A DNA stretch of 20,000 bases from an uncultured virus (IMG/VR IMGVR_UViG_3300021962_000002). Its lineage: Duplodnaviria > Heunggongvirae > Uroviricota > Caudoviricetes. Both the position numbers and the translations under genes were made by a program. The stretch lies in the IMG/VR virus record IMGVR_UViG_3300021962_000002. One strand, given 5' to 3'. This document shows, one piece after another, positions 1 to 6,944 of this stretch. The notes under the pieces are model-generated. The model did no database searches, was not told the DNA's origin, and saw only the letters and a list, made by a program, of their open reading frames with translations. Every line of letters starts with the position of its first letter. Within the stretch, counting starts at the first letter, position 1.

Positions 1-4
1 TCAT

Positions 5-241
5 TCATTTGATTTTTACTTCCTTTTTTATTTGTTTAACAAATTCTTCCATTTCTTCACTATCGCAATTATCTACCAAGTAGCTTAAAATTTTAAGGAT
101 TAGCTTTTTTGACCATTCCGCATTATTTACTGAATCTTCAATAGCCATTACAAAATTCATTGTTTTTTTTGCACCAAATTGGTTGTAAATTTCGTAAGGA
201 TCAATTTCGTTATGGAAAGTATATGTTTCGTTTTTTGGCAT
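5..241 (-). CDS. Hypothetical phage protein (78 aa)
   Basis: ATG start with an A/C-rich leader. The stop overlaps the next ATG (ATGA at 8-5). No recognisable motif. Confidence 0.7.
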   Translation of the reverse strand: MPKNETYTFHNEIDPYEIYNQFGAKKTMNFVMAIEDSVNNAEWSKKLILKILSYLVDNCDSEEMEEFVKQIKKEVKIK

Positions 242-245
242 ATTG

Positions 246-259
246 TTTAGTTGGCTAAA
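246..259. promoter_or_regulatory. Quasi-palindromic 14-bp motif TTTAGCCAACTAAA, copy 1
   Basis: TTTAG-CCAA-CTAAA on the minus strand, 4 nt upstream of the ATG at 241. Exact copies at 6701-6714 and 14507-14520. Confidence 0.55.
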
Positions 260-260
260 G

Positions 261-614
261 TTATTTCATGGCTGCTGCTGTTTTGATTACTTCTTTCATG
301 TCAAGTTCTTGGAACTTCAATAGATTCCTCACGGTTACTACACCCTTTGCGTTGAGCCAGTAATATGACTTATGGATCTTGCCTGTTTTTTTACGCTTGA
401 ACTCAATCCAGAACTTTAGTCGGCTAATTGTAGATTTCATCTCCATACCAGTAACTAGATTGATCTCTGCTTGAGTGGTTTCGGCTGGTAGTCCTACTGA
501 CTCTTTGTATGCGCAAACATTAGCTACAGCGACTATGATACACGCTTCTCTTACTGTTAAGCCATAGCCTGAGCTATTTCGTGTAAATGCCGTTACTGTT
601 TCAATGTTCCTCAT
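261..614 (-). CDS. Putative winged-helix (MarR-like) DNA-binding protein
   Basis: The pattern LTVREACII...TQAEINLVTGM...STISRL...YYWLNAKG resembles a wHTH with its wing (judged by eye). Confidence 0.5.
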   Translation of the reverse strand: MRNIETVTAFTRNSSGYGLTVREACIIVAVANVCAYKESVGLPAETTQAEINLVTGMEMKSTISRLKFWIEFKRKKTGKIHKSYYWLNAKGVVTVRNLLKFQELDMKEVIKTAAAMK

Positions 615-990
615 TTGTTTTGAATTTCTCTAAGATTTTATTACTTAAGTTAAAGTCTGACCCTAGTATGGATAATTGTTCTGGCCATCTTTCAATTGTA
701 TATTCATCATGAATTGCTTGCAAATACATCAAGAATGTTAATCTCGATTCTTCAATGTCACTGAATATTGTTTCTTTTTTATCAGTCAGAAGTTTTAGAC
801 TATTCATTTCAAAACTATAATTGTAATCTTCATCACTAATTAATGCTCCTACTGCGCACTTTAAGTCACCACAACGGTATAGGCATGTGCCACTTTCTTC
901 AACTGATTTCTTATTTTGCGTAAGCAGATGGTTAGCTACAAAATCAAAGATTTCTTGTAACGATTTATTATTTACTTCTTGTATTGTCAT
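601..990 (-). CDS. Hypothetical phage protein (129 aa)
   Basis: Start reassigned to ATG 990 because the longer ORF overlaps the tRNA. Motifs CLYR...KCAVGALI...LQAIHD. Confidence 0.75.
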   Translation of the reverse strand: MTIQEVNNKSLQEIFDFVANHLLTQNKKSVEESGTCLYRCGDLKCAVGALISDEDYNYSFEMNSLKLLTDKKETIFSDIEESRLTFLMYLQAIHDEYTIERWPEQLSILGSDFNLSNKILEKFKTNEEH

Positions 991-1002
991 AATGATTAAA
1001 AG

Positions 1003-1076
1003 CGCCCTGAGCAAGATTCGAACTTGCAACCACTGACTTAGAAGGTCAATGCTCTATCCAATTGAGCTATCAGGGC
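1003..1076 (-). tRNA. tRNA-Arg (anticodon TCT), CCA not encoded
   Basis: Minus strand GCCCTGATAGCTCAATTGGATAGAGCATTGACCTTCTAAGTCAGTGGTTGCAAGTTCGAATCTTGCTCAGGGCG. Acceptor stem GCCCTGA/TCAGGGC, D arm GCTC/GAGC, anticodon loop CTTCTAA, T arm GCAAG-TTCGAAT-CTTGC. Confidence 0.96.
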
Positions 1077-1083
1077 TTTGTTA

Positions 1084-1398
1084 TTATTGTTGAAGATTTA
1101 ATGAGTTTACATAAGCTTTTGCCCACTGCTTAGCTGTTGCCCATGCTGGTTCATTTGTTTTGTTTGTTGGGTCTTCTAGCACTTCCAGTAAGAGGAAGTC
1201 TCTTAGCAGGTTTTTTCGAGGATGCAATAGCATAGCTTCATGCATTGCGTTGAGGTCATTGCAGAAGTCTGGTATGCTTTCAAGTCCTACGCTTGGGTTG
1301 TCTATGTGAACCCAGCATCTTTTTCCGTTTAACCATGGTTCTTCTTCGATAAACCCAAGCGATGTTGCAATTACGGCATTGATTTGTTCGTCAGTCAT
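1084..1398 (-). CDS. Phage ABA-sandwich-like protein, paralogue 2 (104 aa)
   Basis: Start reassigned to ATG 1398 (ATGA overlap with the upstream stop). MTDEQINAVIATSLG...PDFCNDLNAMHEA...ATAKQWAKAY. Confidence 0.75.
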   Translation of the reverse strand: MTDEQINAVIATSLGFIEEEPWLNGKRCWVHIDNPSVGLESIPDFCNDLNAMHEAMLLHPRKNLLRDFLLLEVLEDPTNKTNEPAWATAKQWAKAYVNSLNLQQ

Positions 1399-1781
1399 TC
1401 GATCCATTTTCCGATTGTTTTTAAGTAAGCCTCGCAGCGTTGGCGAGCGGTTGCTGTGATGCACAAATCGAAATCCATCTGAGCCTTTTTCACTCCAACC
1501 TCTCTGCAAATTGCGGATTTAATTTGCTGCGTGTATTTTTTAGGTAGTCTGTCGTTCGAGTATATAACTTCTAATTCAAACTCATGGCAAACGTTCAGGT
1601 CGGAGGTGTAGTCGGGTAGATGACTTAACTTTAATTCGTCGTTGTATCCGTAGCCATATAAGCCTCCGCCATTTCTGCCGATTCCGTCTTTATCGACCCA
1701 TTTAACGCCTCCGTTTGCGCCGCTTTTTGAGTGCCACCCCAGCGACTCCGCAATCGCGATGTTTATTTGTTCGTCAGTCAT
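1395..1781 (-). CDS. Phage ABA-sandwich-like protein, paralogue 1 (128 aa)
   Basis: MTDEQINIAIAESLGW...PDYTSDLNVCHEFE...ATARQRCEAYLKTIG. ATGA overlaps at both ends. Confidence 0.75.
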   Translation of the reverse strand: MTDEQINIAIAESLGWHSKSGANGGVKWVDKDGIGRNGGGLYGYGYNDELKLSHLPDYTSDLNVCHEFELEVIYSNDRLPKKYTQQIKSAICREVGVKKAQMDFDLCITATARQRCEAYLKTIGKWIE

Positions 1782-2008
1782 TTTGTTTTTCCTTTCTCTA
1801 ATTGCGCAAGCCCTCTAGCTAGTATATTTTCACAATGTTTGATTGCCTCTTTTTTTGCTTCTCTCATAGTTTCGTATGATTTTATGGATCTGCGATTAAG
1901 AAAATAATATACCCAATCTCTTGACGAGTACGACTTGTAGACCTCTATGGTTATTACATCGGAAATTACTACGTGACATCCGCCTAATCGTGATTTTTCC
2001 CATTTCAT
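1778..2008 (-). CDS. Hypothetical phage protein (76 aa)
   Basis: Start reassigned to ATG 2008 (MKWEKS), which overlaps the upstream stop and has GGAGG upstream. Confidence 0.7.
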   Translation of the reverse strand: MKWEKSRLGGCHVVISDVITIEVYKSYSSRDWVYYFLNRRSIKSYETMREAKKEAIKHCENILARGLAQLEKGKTK

Positions 2009-2184
2009 TTCGCCTCCTTCCATTGCCAAGTTGTTTTTCCGTCTGAGTCAACCACGTATTCAGCGTGTCCGCGCTCTATGGCTTGTTTTTTTATTTTACG
2101 TACATCTGCCCAGTCAAAAAGCAGCGCAACGCTAAGAAGCAAAGTCGCAAAGAAAAATGCGTAAGCCCATTTTTCGTCACTCAC
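2005..2184 (-). CDS. Small single-pass membrane protein (59 aa)
   Basis: GTG 2184 preceded by GGAGGAG. Hydrophobic segment WAYAFFFATLLLSVALLFDW. Confidence 0.7.
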   Translation of the reverse strand: MSDEKWAYAFFFATLLLSVALLFDWADVRKIKKQAIERGHAEYVVDSDGKTTWQWKEAK

Positions 2185-2608
2185 TTGCTCCTCCTTCCTC
2201 TGCCATGGCTTTCCACTCAAGCGCATCTAACCAGCCTTGTCGGTAGCGACTCCAGCATAAACCATCGCTTTTTTCTGGGTTCTTCTGATATGCGAGCTTG
2301 CAAGCGTCATCCATCTTTTTGCTGGTGTCGTCACCGACAAGGTCACCATGCCGCGCTAAAACGTCCGCTAGCGGCTCGCCTTGCTCAACCCACTCAAGCA
2401 AGCTATCTCGCCAGTCTTCGGCGTAGGGCGGGTGGTTAAGTTTGAATGCGTGACCACCATCCCACGTTGATTGTTTCTTGCTTGGCTTTAACTTGAAACT
2501 CCATACCTCACCATCTAAATCCTGCGCAATGTATTTTGGCTCCTCAATCCCCGCCGCTTTACAGGCGGCAAGCAGGGAGTCCGATAGTTGTTCTTCTTGT
2601 GTGTTCAC
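2177..2608 (-). CDS. Hypothetical phage protein (143 aa)
   Basis: GTGA overlap with the upstream stop. The YIAQDLDGEVW...P...DWRDSL pattern resembles common small phage proteins. Confidence 0.75.
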   Translation of the reverse strand: MNTQEEQLSDSLLAACKAAGIEEPKYIAQDLDGEVWSFKLKPSKKQSTWDGGHAFKLNHPPYAEDWRDSLLEWVEQGEPLADVLARHGDLVGDDTSKKMDDACKLAYQKNPEKSDGLCWSRYRQGWLDALEWKAMAEEGGASE

Positions 2609-2808
2609 GATTGTCGATAACTTGCAAGAATTTTGTTCGCCCCTTTTATAGCTGCTTTTTCAGTTTGATACGATTTTAATTCGATAAAATCTTCACGACC
2701 TTGCACATTGTTAGTGACTGTCACTGTGTAATAATAACCCCCGTAACAATTAGTTGATTTTTCGATTTTTGCAGTGTAATCGCCTTTAGTTAATTCTGTA
2801 ATTATCAT
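2605..2808 (-). CDS. Hypothetical phage protein (67 aa)
   Basis: ATG with an A/C-rich leader, packed within the operon. Confidence 0.7.
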   Translation of the reverse strand: MIITELTKGDYTAKIEKSTNCYGGYYYTVTVTNNVQGREDFIELKSYQTEKAAIKGANKILASYRQS

Positions 2809-2820
2809 ATTGTTATGTGT

Positions 2821-3015
2821 TCATAGTCCTTTCTTTTCTTGGTTATCTGAATGACATTCAGGTTTTTCTACAAACACTGCAATTGGAGCATCGTCACTAC
2901 CCCACCAGTTAGCTGCGTTCAGCAACACTAAGGGCGTTAAAGGTCTGCTGCAATCATTGCGCTTGTTACACGTTTCGTAGAATGTGCAGTATGTTCTATC
3001 TCTATAGCAAATCAT
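2821..3015 (-). CDS. Small Cys-rich hypothetical protein (64 aa)
   Basis: CYRDRTYC-x5-C-x5-C, possibly metal-binding. ATGA overlap. Confidence 0.7.
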   Translation of the reverse strand: MICYRDRTYCTFYETCNKRNDCSRPLTPLVLLNAANWWGSDDAPIAVFVEKPECHSDNQEKKGL

Positions 3016-3407
3016 GGTTTAGTCAAGCTAATTAGTGCTTTGGCGTGTAGCTCTGCTGCTTCGCGGGTTAGGTGAACTACTCCATTTGAGAGTAATCGGT
3101 TATCAATGTCGTCATCACTCCATAAGTAATATTGAACATTAGCACTCTCTCTGAATGATACGAAATAATACTTCTCTTTTATACGGGGTTTTACTTTCAA
3201 AGGTTCTGGCACATCGTATGCACCAATGCGGATCGTTTTAATTCTGCGGCGGTAATTTCTAGTCACATCCCACTCCGGGTGAGTATTACATTTTCTCCAT
3301 TCTTTTTGTTCTACACGTTGATACTCCCAATTATTCCATGGCGTATCTGATTCTTGTGCGTCTTGCGCATAGGCAAGCATTAGGTCTGCATGTATATGTT
3401 TTGTCAT
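3012..3407 (-). CDS. Hypothetical phage protein (131 aa)
   Basis: KHIHADLMLAYAQD...P.W...YR...VPEPL...VHLTREAAELHAKAL resembles a widespread phage hypothetical family. Confidence 0.8.
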   Translation of the reverse strand: MTKHIHADLMLAYAQDAQESDTPWNNWEYQRVEQKEWRKCNTHPEWDVTRNYRRRIKTIRIGAYDVPEPLKVKPRIKEKYYFVSFRESANVQYYLWSDDDIDNRLLSNGVVHLTREAAELHAKALISLTKP

Positions 3408-3409
3408 GT

Positions 3410-3556
3410 TTAGATTGGTTTAATGATTATCAGGTTTTGACTTACGATTATTTCTGTATTTGTTCCGCGAGGAAATCCAGCTTTTTCTAGCCATTTGCCA
3501 CGCAATCTTAGGAAAGGTGCTTTGCGCTCGTCAGTTACTTTGGATTTTCTTTTCAT
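3410..3556 (-). CDS. SymE-like (AbrB-fold) protein, 48 aa, absent from the ORF track
   Basis: Hand translation: MKRKSKVTDERKAPFLRLRGKWLEKAGFPRGTNTEIIVSQNLIIIKPI*. Matches the SymE pattern P-x-[LI]-x-L-x-G-x-WL-x-x-AGF-x-x-G and fills the gap between the terminator and ORF 3407. Confidence 0.8.
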   Translation of the reverse strand: MKRKSKVTDERKAPFLRLRGKWLEKAGFPRGTNTEIIVSQNLIIIKPI

Positions 3557-3573
3557 TTTGCCTGTTCTTGCAT

Positions 3574-3608
3574 AAAAAAAGGGAGAGACGGACTAGCCGC
3601 CTCCCCCT
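3574..3608 (-). terminator. Intrinsic terminator
   Basis: Minus strand AGGGGGAGGCGG-CTAGT-CCGTCTCTCCCT followed by a T run, about 18 nt after the stop at 3626. Confidence 0.9.
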
Positions 3609-3625
3609 GACTACACACAGAAAAG

Positions 3626-4018
3626 TTATGGAAGCTCTTCGGTGGACGGTGTGCCGCCTTTACCGACTGCTTTGAGATATAGAGGTGATTGGATAAGTTC
3701 AGCATATGCTACCTCGTCCATTACTTCCATTGTTGCAATATGCTTCGGAGCCATGCAGCCCGATGAACGACCACCTCCAGGGAGAATCTTGTCCCATGCG
3801 CGAAGCACAGTGACTTTACCAAGAGCAGATGCAACATCTAGTGGCAAGCCTGTTGTGGTGATTGCGTCACCCGCTCTTGCTGCTAGTTGTAGTTCTACTT
3901 GTGTTGGGGTAGTTAGCCCGAACACGATTTTTGCACCTGCTACTGCTGCTGGCATTACATTTTTGAGAACATTAAGTTCAGCTTCATCACGACAATGGAT
4001 CAATTTAGTTACGTTCAT
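3626..4018 (-). CDS. Hypothetical protein (130 aa; alternative start 4060)
   Basis: ATG 4018 follows the leader AAAAACAAAACTAAATACAATACC. The ORF is followed by a terminator. Confidence 0.7.
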   Translation of the reverse strand: MNVTKLIHCRDEAELNVLKNVMPAAVAGAKIVFGLTTPTQVELQLAARAGDAITTTGLPLDVASALGKVTVLRAWDKILPGGGRSSGCMAPKHIATMEVMDEVAYAELIQSPLYLKAVGKGGTPSTEELP

Positions 4019-4080
4019 GGTATTGTATTTAGTTTTGTTTTTGATTAGCGTGATTGTCATACGGAATGCGCAACCTCCGT

Positions 4081-4107
4081 TGTAATTGACAATTACATCA
4101 ATTACAT
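4081..4107. promoter_or_regulatory. Operator-like palindrome plus an extra half-site
   Basis: TGTAATTG-A-CAATTACA (4081-4097), then a second CAATTACA (4099-4106), in an intergenic gap. Confidence 0.45.
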
Positions 4108-4114
4108 AACGACC

Positions 4115-5662
4115 TCAAGCGAAGCTTAATTTACGCTTTGAGGTTTTCAATGCCTTTGGAAGAGAACCTGTCAGCGCGAACGCTGATACAATCGCTGCTA
4201 GTTTAGGATGATCTTGCAAGGAGAATTTGTGTTCTGGTGCTTGTGGTGCAATGCCGCGCACACCGTCACGGTTGATGTATACAGAACCACTGCGAGCTAC
4301 CATTGGGGTAACTGTTTGTGGTGCTGCGCATGGTGTAGTGGATTCATGTTGTGATGGTGCAACATATTCTGTTGAAGCCAAGTATTTAGTCTGGCTAAAC
4401 GGATTAGGTGCTGGCATGAATGCTTTAGGGTATGCAGTAGGAATACCAAAGAAACGGCAACGAGCAACATTGCTACCTTTCATGGTAAAGAAAGACTTCT
4501 CAACATTAAGGCCTACACAATAAGCTTGTGTATCCTCAAGTGCGTCATAGTCATCTGAGTGCATGAGACGGGCTACATAGAACGCCTTGTTTACGTTGCC
4601 CTCATACTTATGGATAAGGCGCATTGCTGTTTGCTCTACGCGCATATCGAGTAAGTCATGATAATCCTGCGACTGGAATGTTGACGCGCCTGACATGAAG
4701 TCAATCAAGTCTTCATTCTCGGCTGCAAGTTCCATTACCAACAACTCTGTTGGAGTCATTGTTTCAGGGTCAAGGTTATCTGACATAGCCTCAATCATCA
4801 ACTGCGCCTGATGGTCACCATCAAACTCATAGCAATAATTGAGGGATTGTTCTGAATCGTCCTCTTCGATGATGCCCTTGATTAAGGCATACTCTACTTC
4901 TGAAACGGAGTTAGCAGGATGATGAACATCTGTGGACTTAACCGTTCCTTCCATAGTAACATGGAAAGATGCTGGTGTAAGCTTTGGATCACGCATCATG
5001 GTGATCAGGACAATCCATTGATTGCCTACCCGCATTGCTGTTGAGGTAGCAACAAGATCATCGTTACCGACAATCTGCTGAGCAACTCTGTTAAAGTCTC
5101 CACCAATAGCACGTCCTAACCGTGTAGCTACGGATTGCATAGCTGAGTTAGGATTGTTGTGCAGGATTGGAGAGAATCTTCCGTCCTGTGCGCCAAGATC
5201 AACACGGATTGAGCCGTGTTTGAACACGTAACGTGCTGGACGGTGATACACTGTGTTATTGACCTGACCTGAACGTGTAGTGGGACGTTCATACGGAGGC
5301 CATAACGTAGTCTCAAGATCATTCCACTTACCATTAACCTTGGAGCTAACGGAGATAGACTGATGAGACTTGCGTAGGTTAGCTGCTTTCCACTTCTCTA
5401 AGGATTTGTAGGAAGCAATAACCCCGAATACAATAGAGATTGCTGTTTGAGGATGATAAGGCTCCTCTAAGGCAACTTCCATTAACTGGCGGCGTATCCG
5501 TGAAGGAACACCACCAAACTCCTTCACAATCCACCTTCTGGCGTATTGTGGGAGTAGCCCTGTTCTAAGATGGGCGTATTCTTGCTCGCTGATTAGATTT
5601 TGATCATGTAGGCCAGCGAAACCTGCATAATTCTCTGTTGTGGTGTGTGTAGTCGCACTCAT
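4115..5662 (-). CDS. Large orphan protein (about 515 aa)
   Basis: Long ORF. First ATG at 5662 (MSATTHTT). Basic N-terminal part and acidic centre. No family recognised. Confidence 0.8.
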   Translation of the reverse strand: MSATTHTTTENYAGFAGLHDQNLISEQEYAHLRTGLLPQYARRWIVKEFGGVPSRIRRQLMEVALEEPYHPQTAISIVFGVIASYKSLEKWKAANLRKSHQSISVSSKVNGKWNDLETTLWPPYERPTTRSGQVNNTVYHRPARYVFKHGSIRVDLGAQDGRFSPILHNNPNSAMQSVATRLGRAIGGDFNRVAQQIVGNDDLVATSTAMRVGNQWIVLITMMRDPKLTPASFHVTMEGTVKSTDVHHPANSVSEVEYALIKGIIEEDDSEQSLNYCYEFDGDHQAQLMIEAMSDNLDPETMTPTELLVMELAAENEDLIDFMSGASTFQSQDYHDLLDMRVEQTAMRLIHKYEGNVNKAFYVARLMHSDDYDALEDTQAYCVGLNVEKSFFTMKGSNVARCRFFGIPTAYPKAFMPAPNPFSQTKYLASTEYVAPSQHESTTPCAAPQTVTPMVARSGSVYINRDGVRGIAPQAPEHKFSLQDHPKLAAIVSAFALTGSLPKALKTSKRKLSFA

Positions 5663-5696
5663 AATAATGCATTTCAACCCATAGCGAAGCTTATTC

Positions 5697-5724
5697 TTGA
5701 CAACCTTTGCCAATTATTTATGCT
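5697..5724 (+). promoter_or_regulatory. Sigma70-type promoter for the putative terS
   Basis: TTGACA (5697-5702), 16 nt spacer, TATGCT (5719-5724). Predicted +1 near 5731, the A of the ATG. Confidence 0.6.
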
Positions 5725-5730
5725 TACGCC

Positions 5731-6213
5731 ATGGGAGATTCTATTCAGCCAATCCGTAAAGGACGGCCACCAAAGATCGCAGATCAAGTTTGGTTGGAAA
5801 TTGAAGATAGGTATGTATCAGGCGATACTTCCTTGAAAGATTTAGCTCTGGAGTTTGGATTGAACTACCAAACTGTGTTGTCGAGGAGCAAAGACAAACG
5901 ATGGTTAAGTCCACAACGAATCAGCCGTGCATTAACCCGCACCGATTTACCCCCACAGGACACAGCAAAGCAAATTGCAGACCGTTGGGCGGCGAGAAAA
6001 GAAGAAATGAGAGAGAAACTATACAAAGGCGCAAGCAAAGCCTTAGATACTTTCTGGCTCATGTCTCCCATGCCTCAGGATTTTGCGGAGGCTGAAAAAG
6101 CTATGAAGATGCTTGATAAAGCAATCAACCCAGATGAAGGAAAGACAGACAGTAGTATTAACCTCTCTATCTTAACCAACGGTTTTAATCCTTCTCCTAT
6201 TGTTGACATCTGA
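5731..6213 (+). CDS. Putative terminase small subunit (N-terminal HTH)
   Basis: GRPPKI...WLEIEDRYVSGDTSLKDLALEFGLNYQTVLSRSKDKRW, then helical segments. Same strand as terL and upstream of it. ATG at 5731. Confidence 0.65.
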   Translation: MGDSIQPIRKGRPPKIADQVWLEIEDRYVSGDTSLKDLALEFGLNYQTVLSRSKDKRWLSPQRISRALTRTDLPPQDTAKQIADRWAARKEEMREKLYKGASKALDTFWLMSPMPQDFAEAEKAMKMLDKAINPDEGKTDSSINLSILTNGFNPSPIVDI

Positions 6214-6371
6214 TTACTTTAGCCAAGTTTGGATACACCAGAAAAGAGCCTATAAAGTGCAAAGAAGCTAAATAAGCACACAAACAAGCAAAACAAGCAC
6301 TGAATTAGCGCATATGAGCCAATTTGAGAGCACTTTGACCACTTGGTAGGGTGATCACAGCGGATTGGGGG

Positions 6372-6683
6372 TAAGCCATGCTTAAATCGGCTTATAGAGA
6401 GGTATAGACGCACAGTGTTTTTGCCGTAACCCTAAGTAATTACGGATGGATGAGGCACGGTAGTACAGAATAACTGTTAGGAGAGATGTTGATATACCAA
6501 TGGATTTTATGTTTTAGCCCCGAGTAGAGCCAAAACAATCTGTATTGGTATTGATCTTTCCAGTAATCACAATGTATTCCCCTTTGCCTGTTCTCAAACC
6601 ACTAAGGCAACTAAGATTGATCTTGTTTTTGCCTGCTGTTCTTGTGTGGATAGAGAGTAGGATAGTGTTAATTAGGGTAACAC
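6372..6683. repeat. Cluster of inverted repeats in non-coding DNA
   Basis: TAAGCC/GGCTTA 6372-6394; CCGTAA/TTACGG 6424-6445; long imperfect IR 6473-6564; AGGCAA..AAGAT/ATCTT..TTGCCT 6605-6634; GTGTTA/TAACAC 6665-6683. Confidence 0.65.
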
Positions 6684-6685
6684 CC

Positions 6686-6722
6686 AAGACAACGCCCCAA
6701 TTTAGTTGGCTAAACTGAGGCG
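6686..6722 (-). terminator. Probable intrinsic terminator whose apex is the 14-bp motif (copy 2)
   Basis: Minus strand CGCCTCAGTTTAG-CCAA-CTAAATTGGGGCG (13 bp including two G-U) then TTGTCTT, just after the stop at 6736. Confidence 0.65.
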
Positions 6723-6735
6723 CTGGTATTGGAGG

Positions 6736-6918
6736 CTATAGACGAGTAACGTCTAGTGGGGGAAGAACACTATGATCTTTTAACCTTATTGGTAACTTGA
6801 CCATAAGGATCACTCTATCCCAAACCTTCTTCTTTACAGGAAGAGAAAGTAAGTATTGAGTTGCGTTCTCCACTGCGTTTGCGTGGCTATTCTGTTTGCG
6901 TTGTTTATCGTATTTCAT
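6736..6918 (-). CDS. Small hypothetical protein (60 aa) downstream of the hammerhead
   Basis: Start context ACACATATGAA is identical to that of ORF 7252. Followed by a terminator. Confidence 0.55.
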   Translation of the reverse strand: MKYDKQRKQNSHANAVENATQYLLSLPVKKKVWDRVILMVKLPIRLKDHSVLPPLDVTRL

Positions 6919-6944
6919 ATGTGTATATGTTATTGCAGTCTGAT

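Noticed and set aside
960..1002. tRNA-associated HDV-like (theta) ribozyme in the 3' trailer
   Set aside because: Only 12 AT-rich nt separate the tRNA from the next start codon, and no pseudoknot is possible.
2065..4523. Plus-strand ORFs 2065-2439, 3460-3675, 3642-4085 and 4227-4523
   Set aside because: Antisense to a coherent coupled minus-strand operon. ORF 3460-3675 also overlaps the terminator and the SymE-like gene.
5360..5400. CTGATGAG resembling another hammerhead core (also near 7982 and 14770)
   Set aside because: Inside or antisense to coding sequence, with no stem II plus GAAA and no matching stems I and III.
6219..6413. 64-aa minus-strand ORF with a hydrophobic tail
   Set aside because: GTG start without a leader. 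The hydrophobic run derives from low-complexity AAACAAGCA repeats, and the ORF lies beyond the terminator. Not fully excluded as a small membrane peptide.
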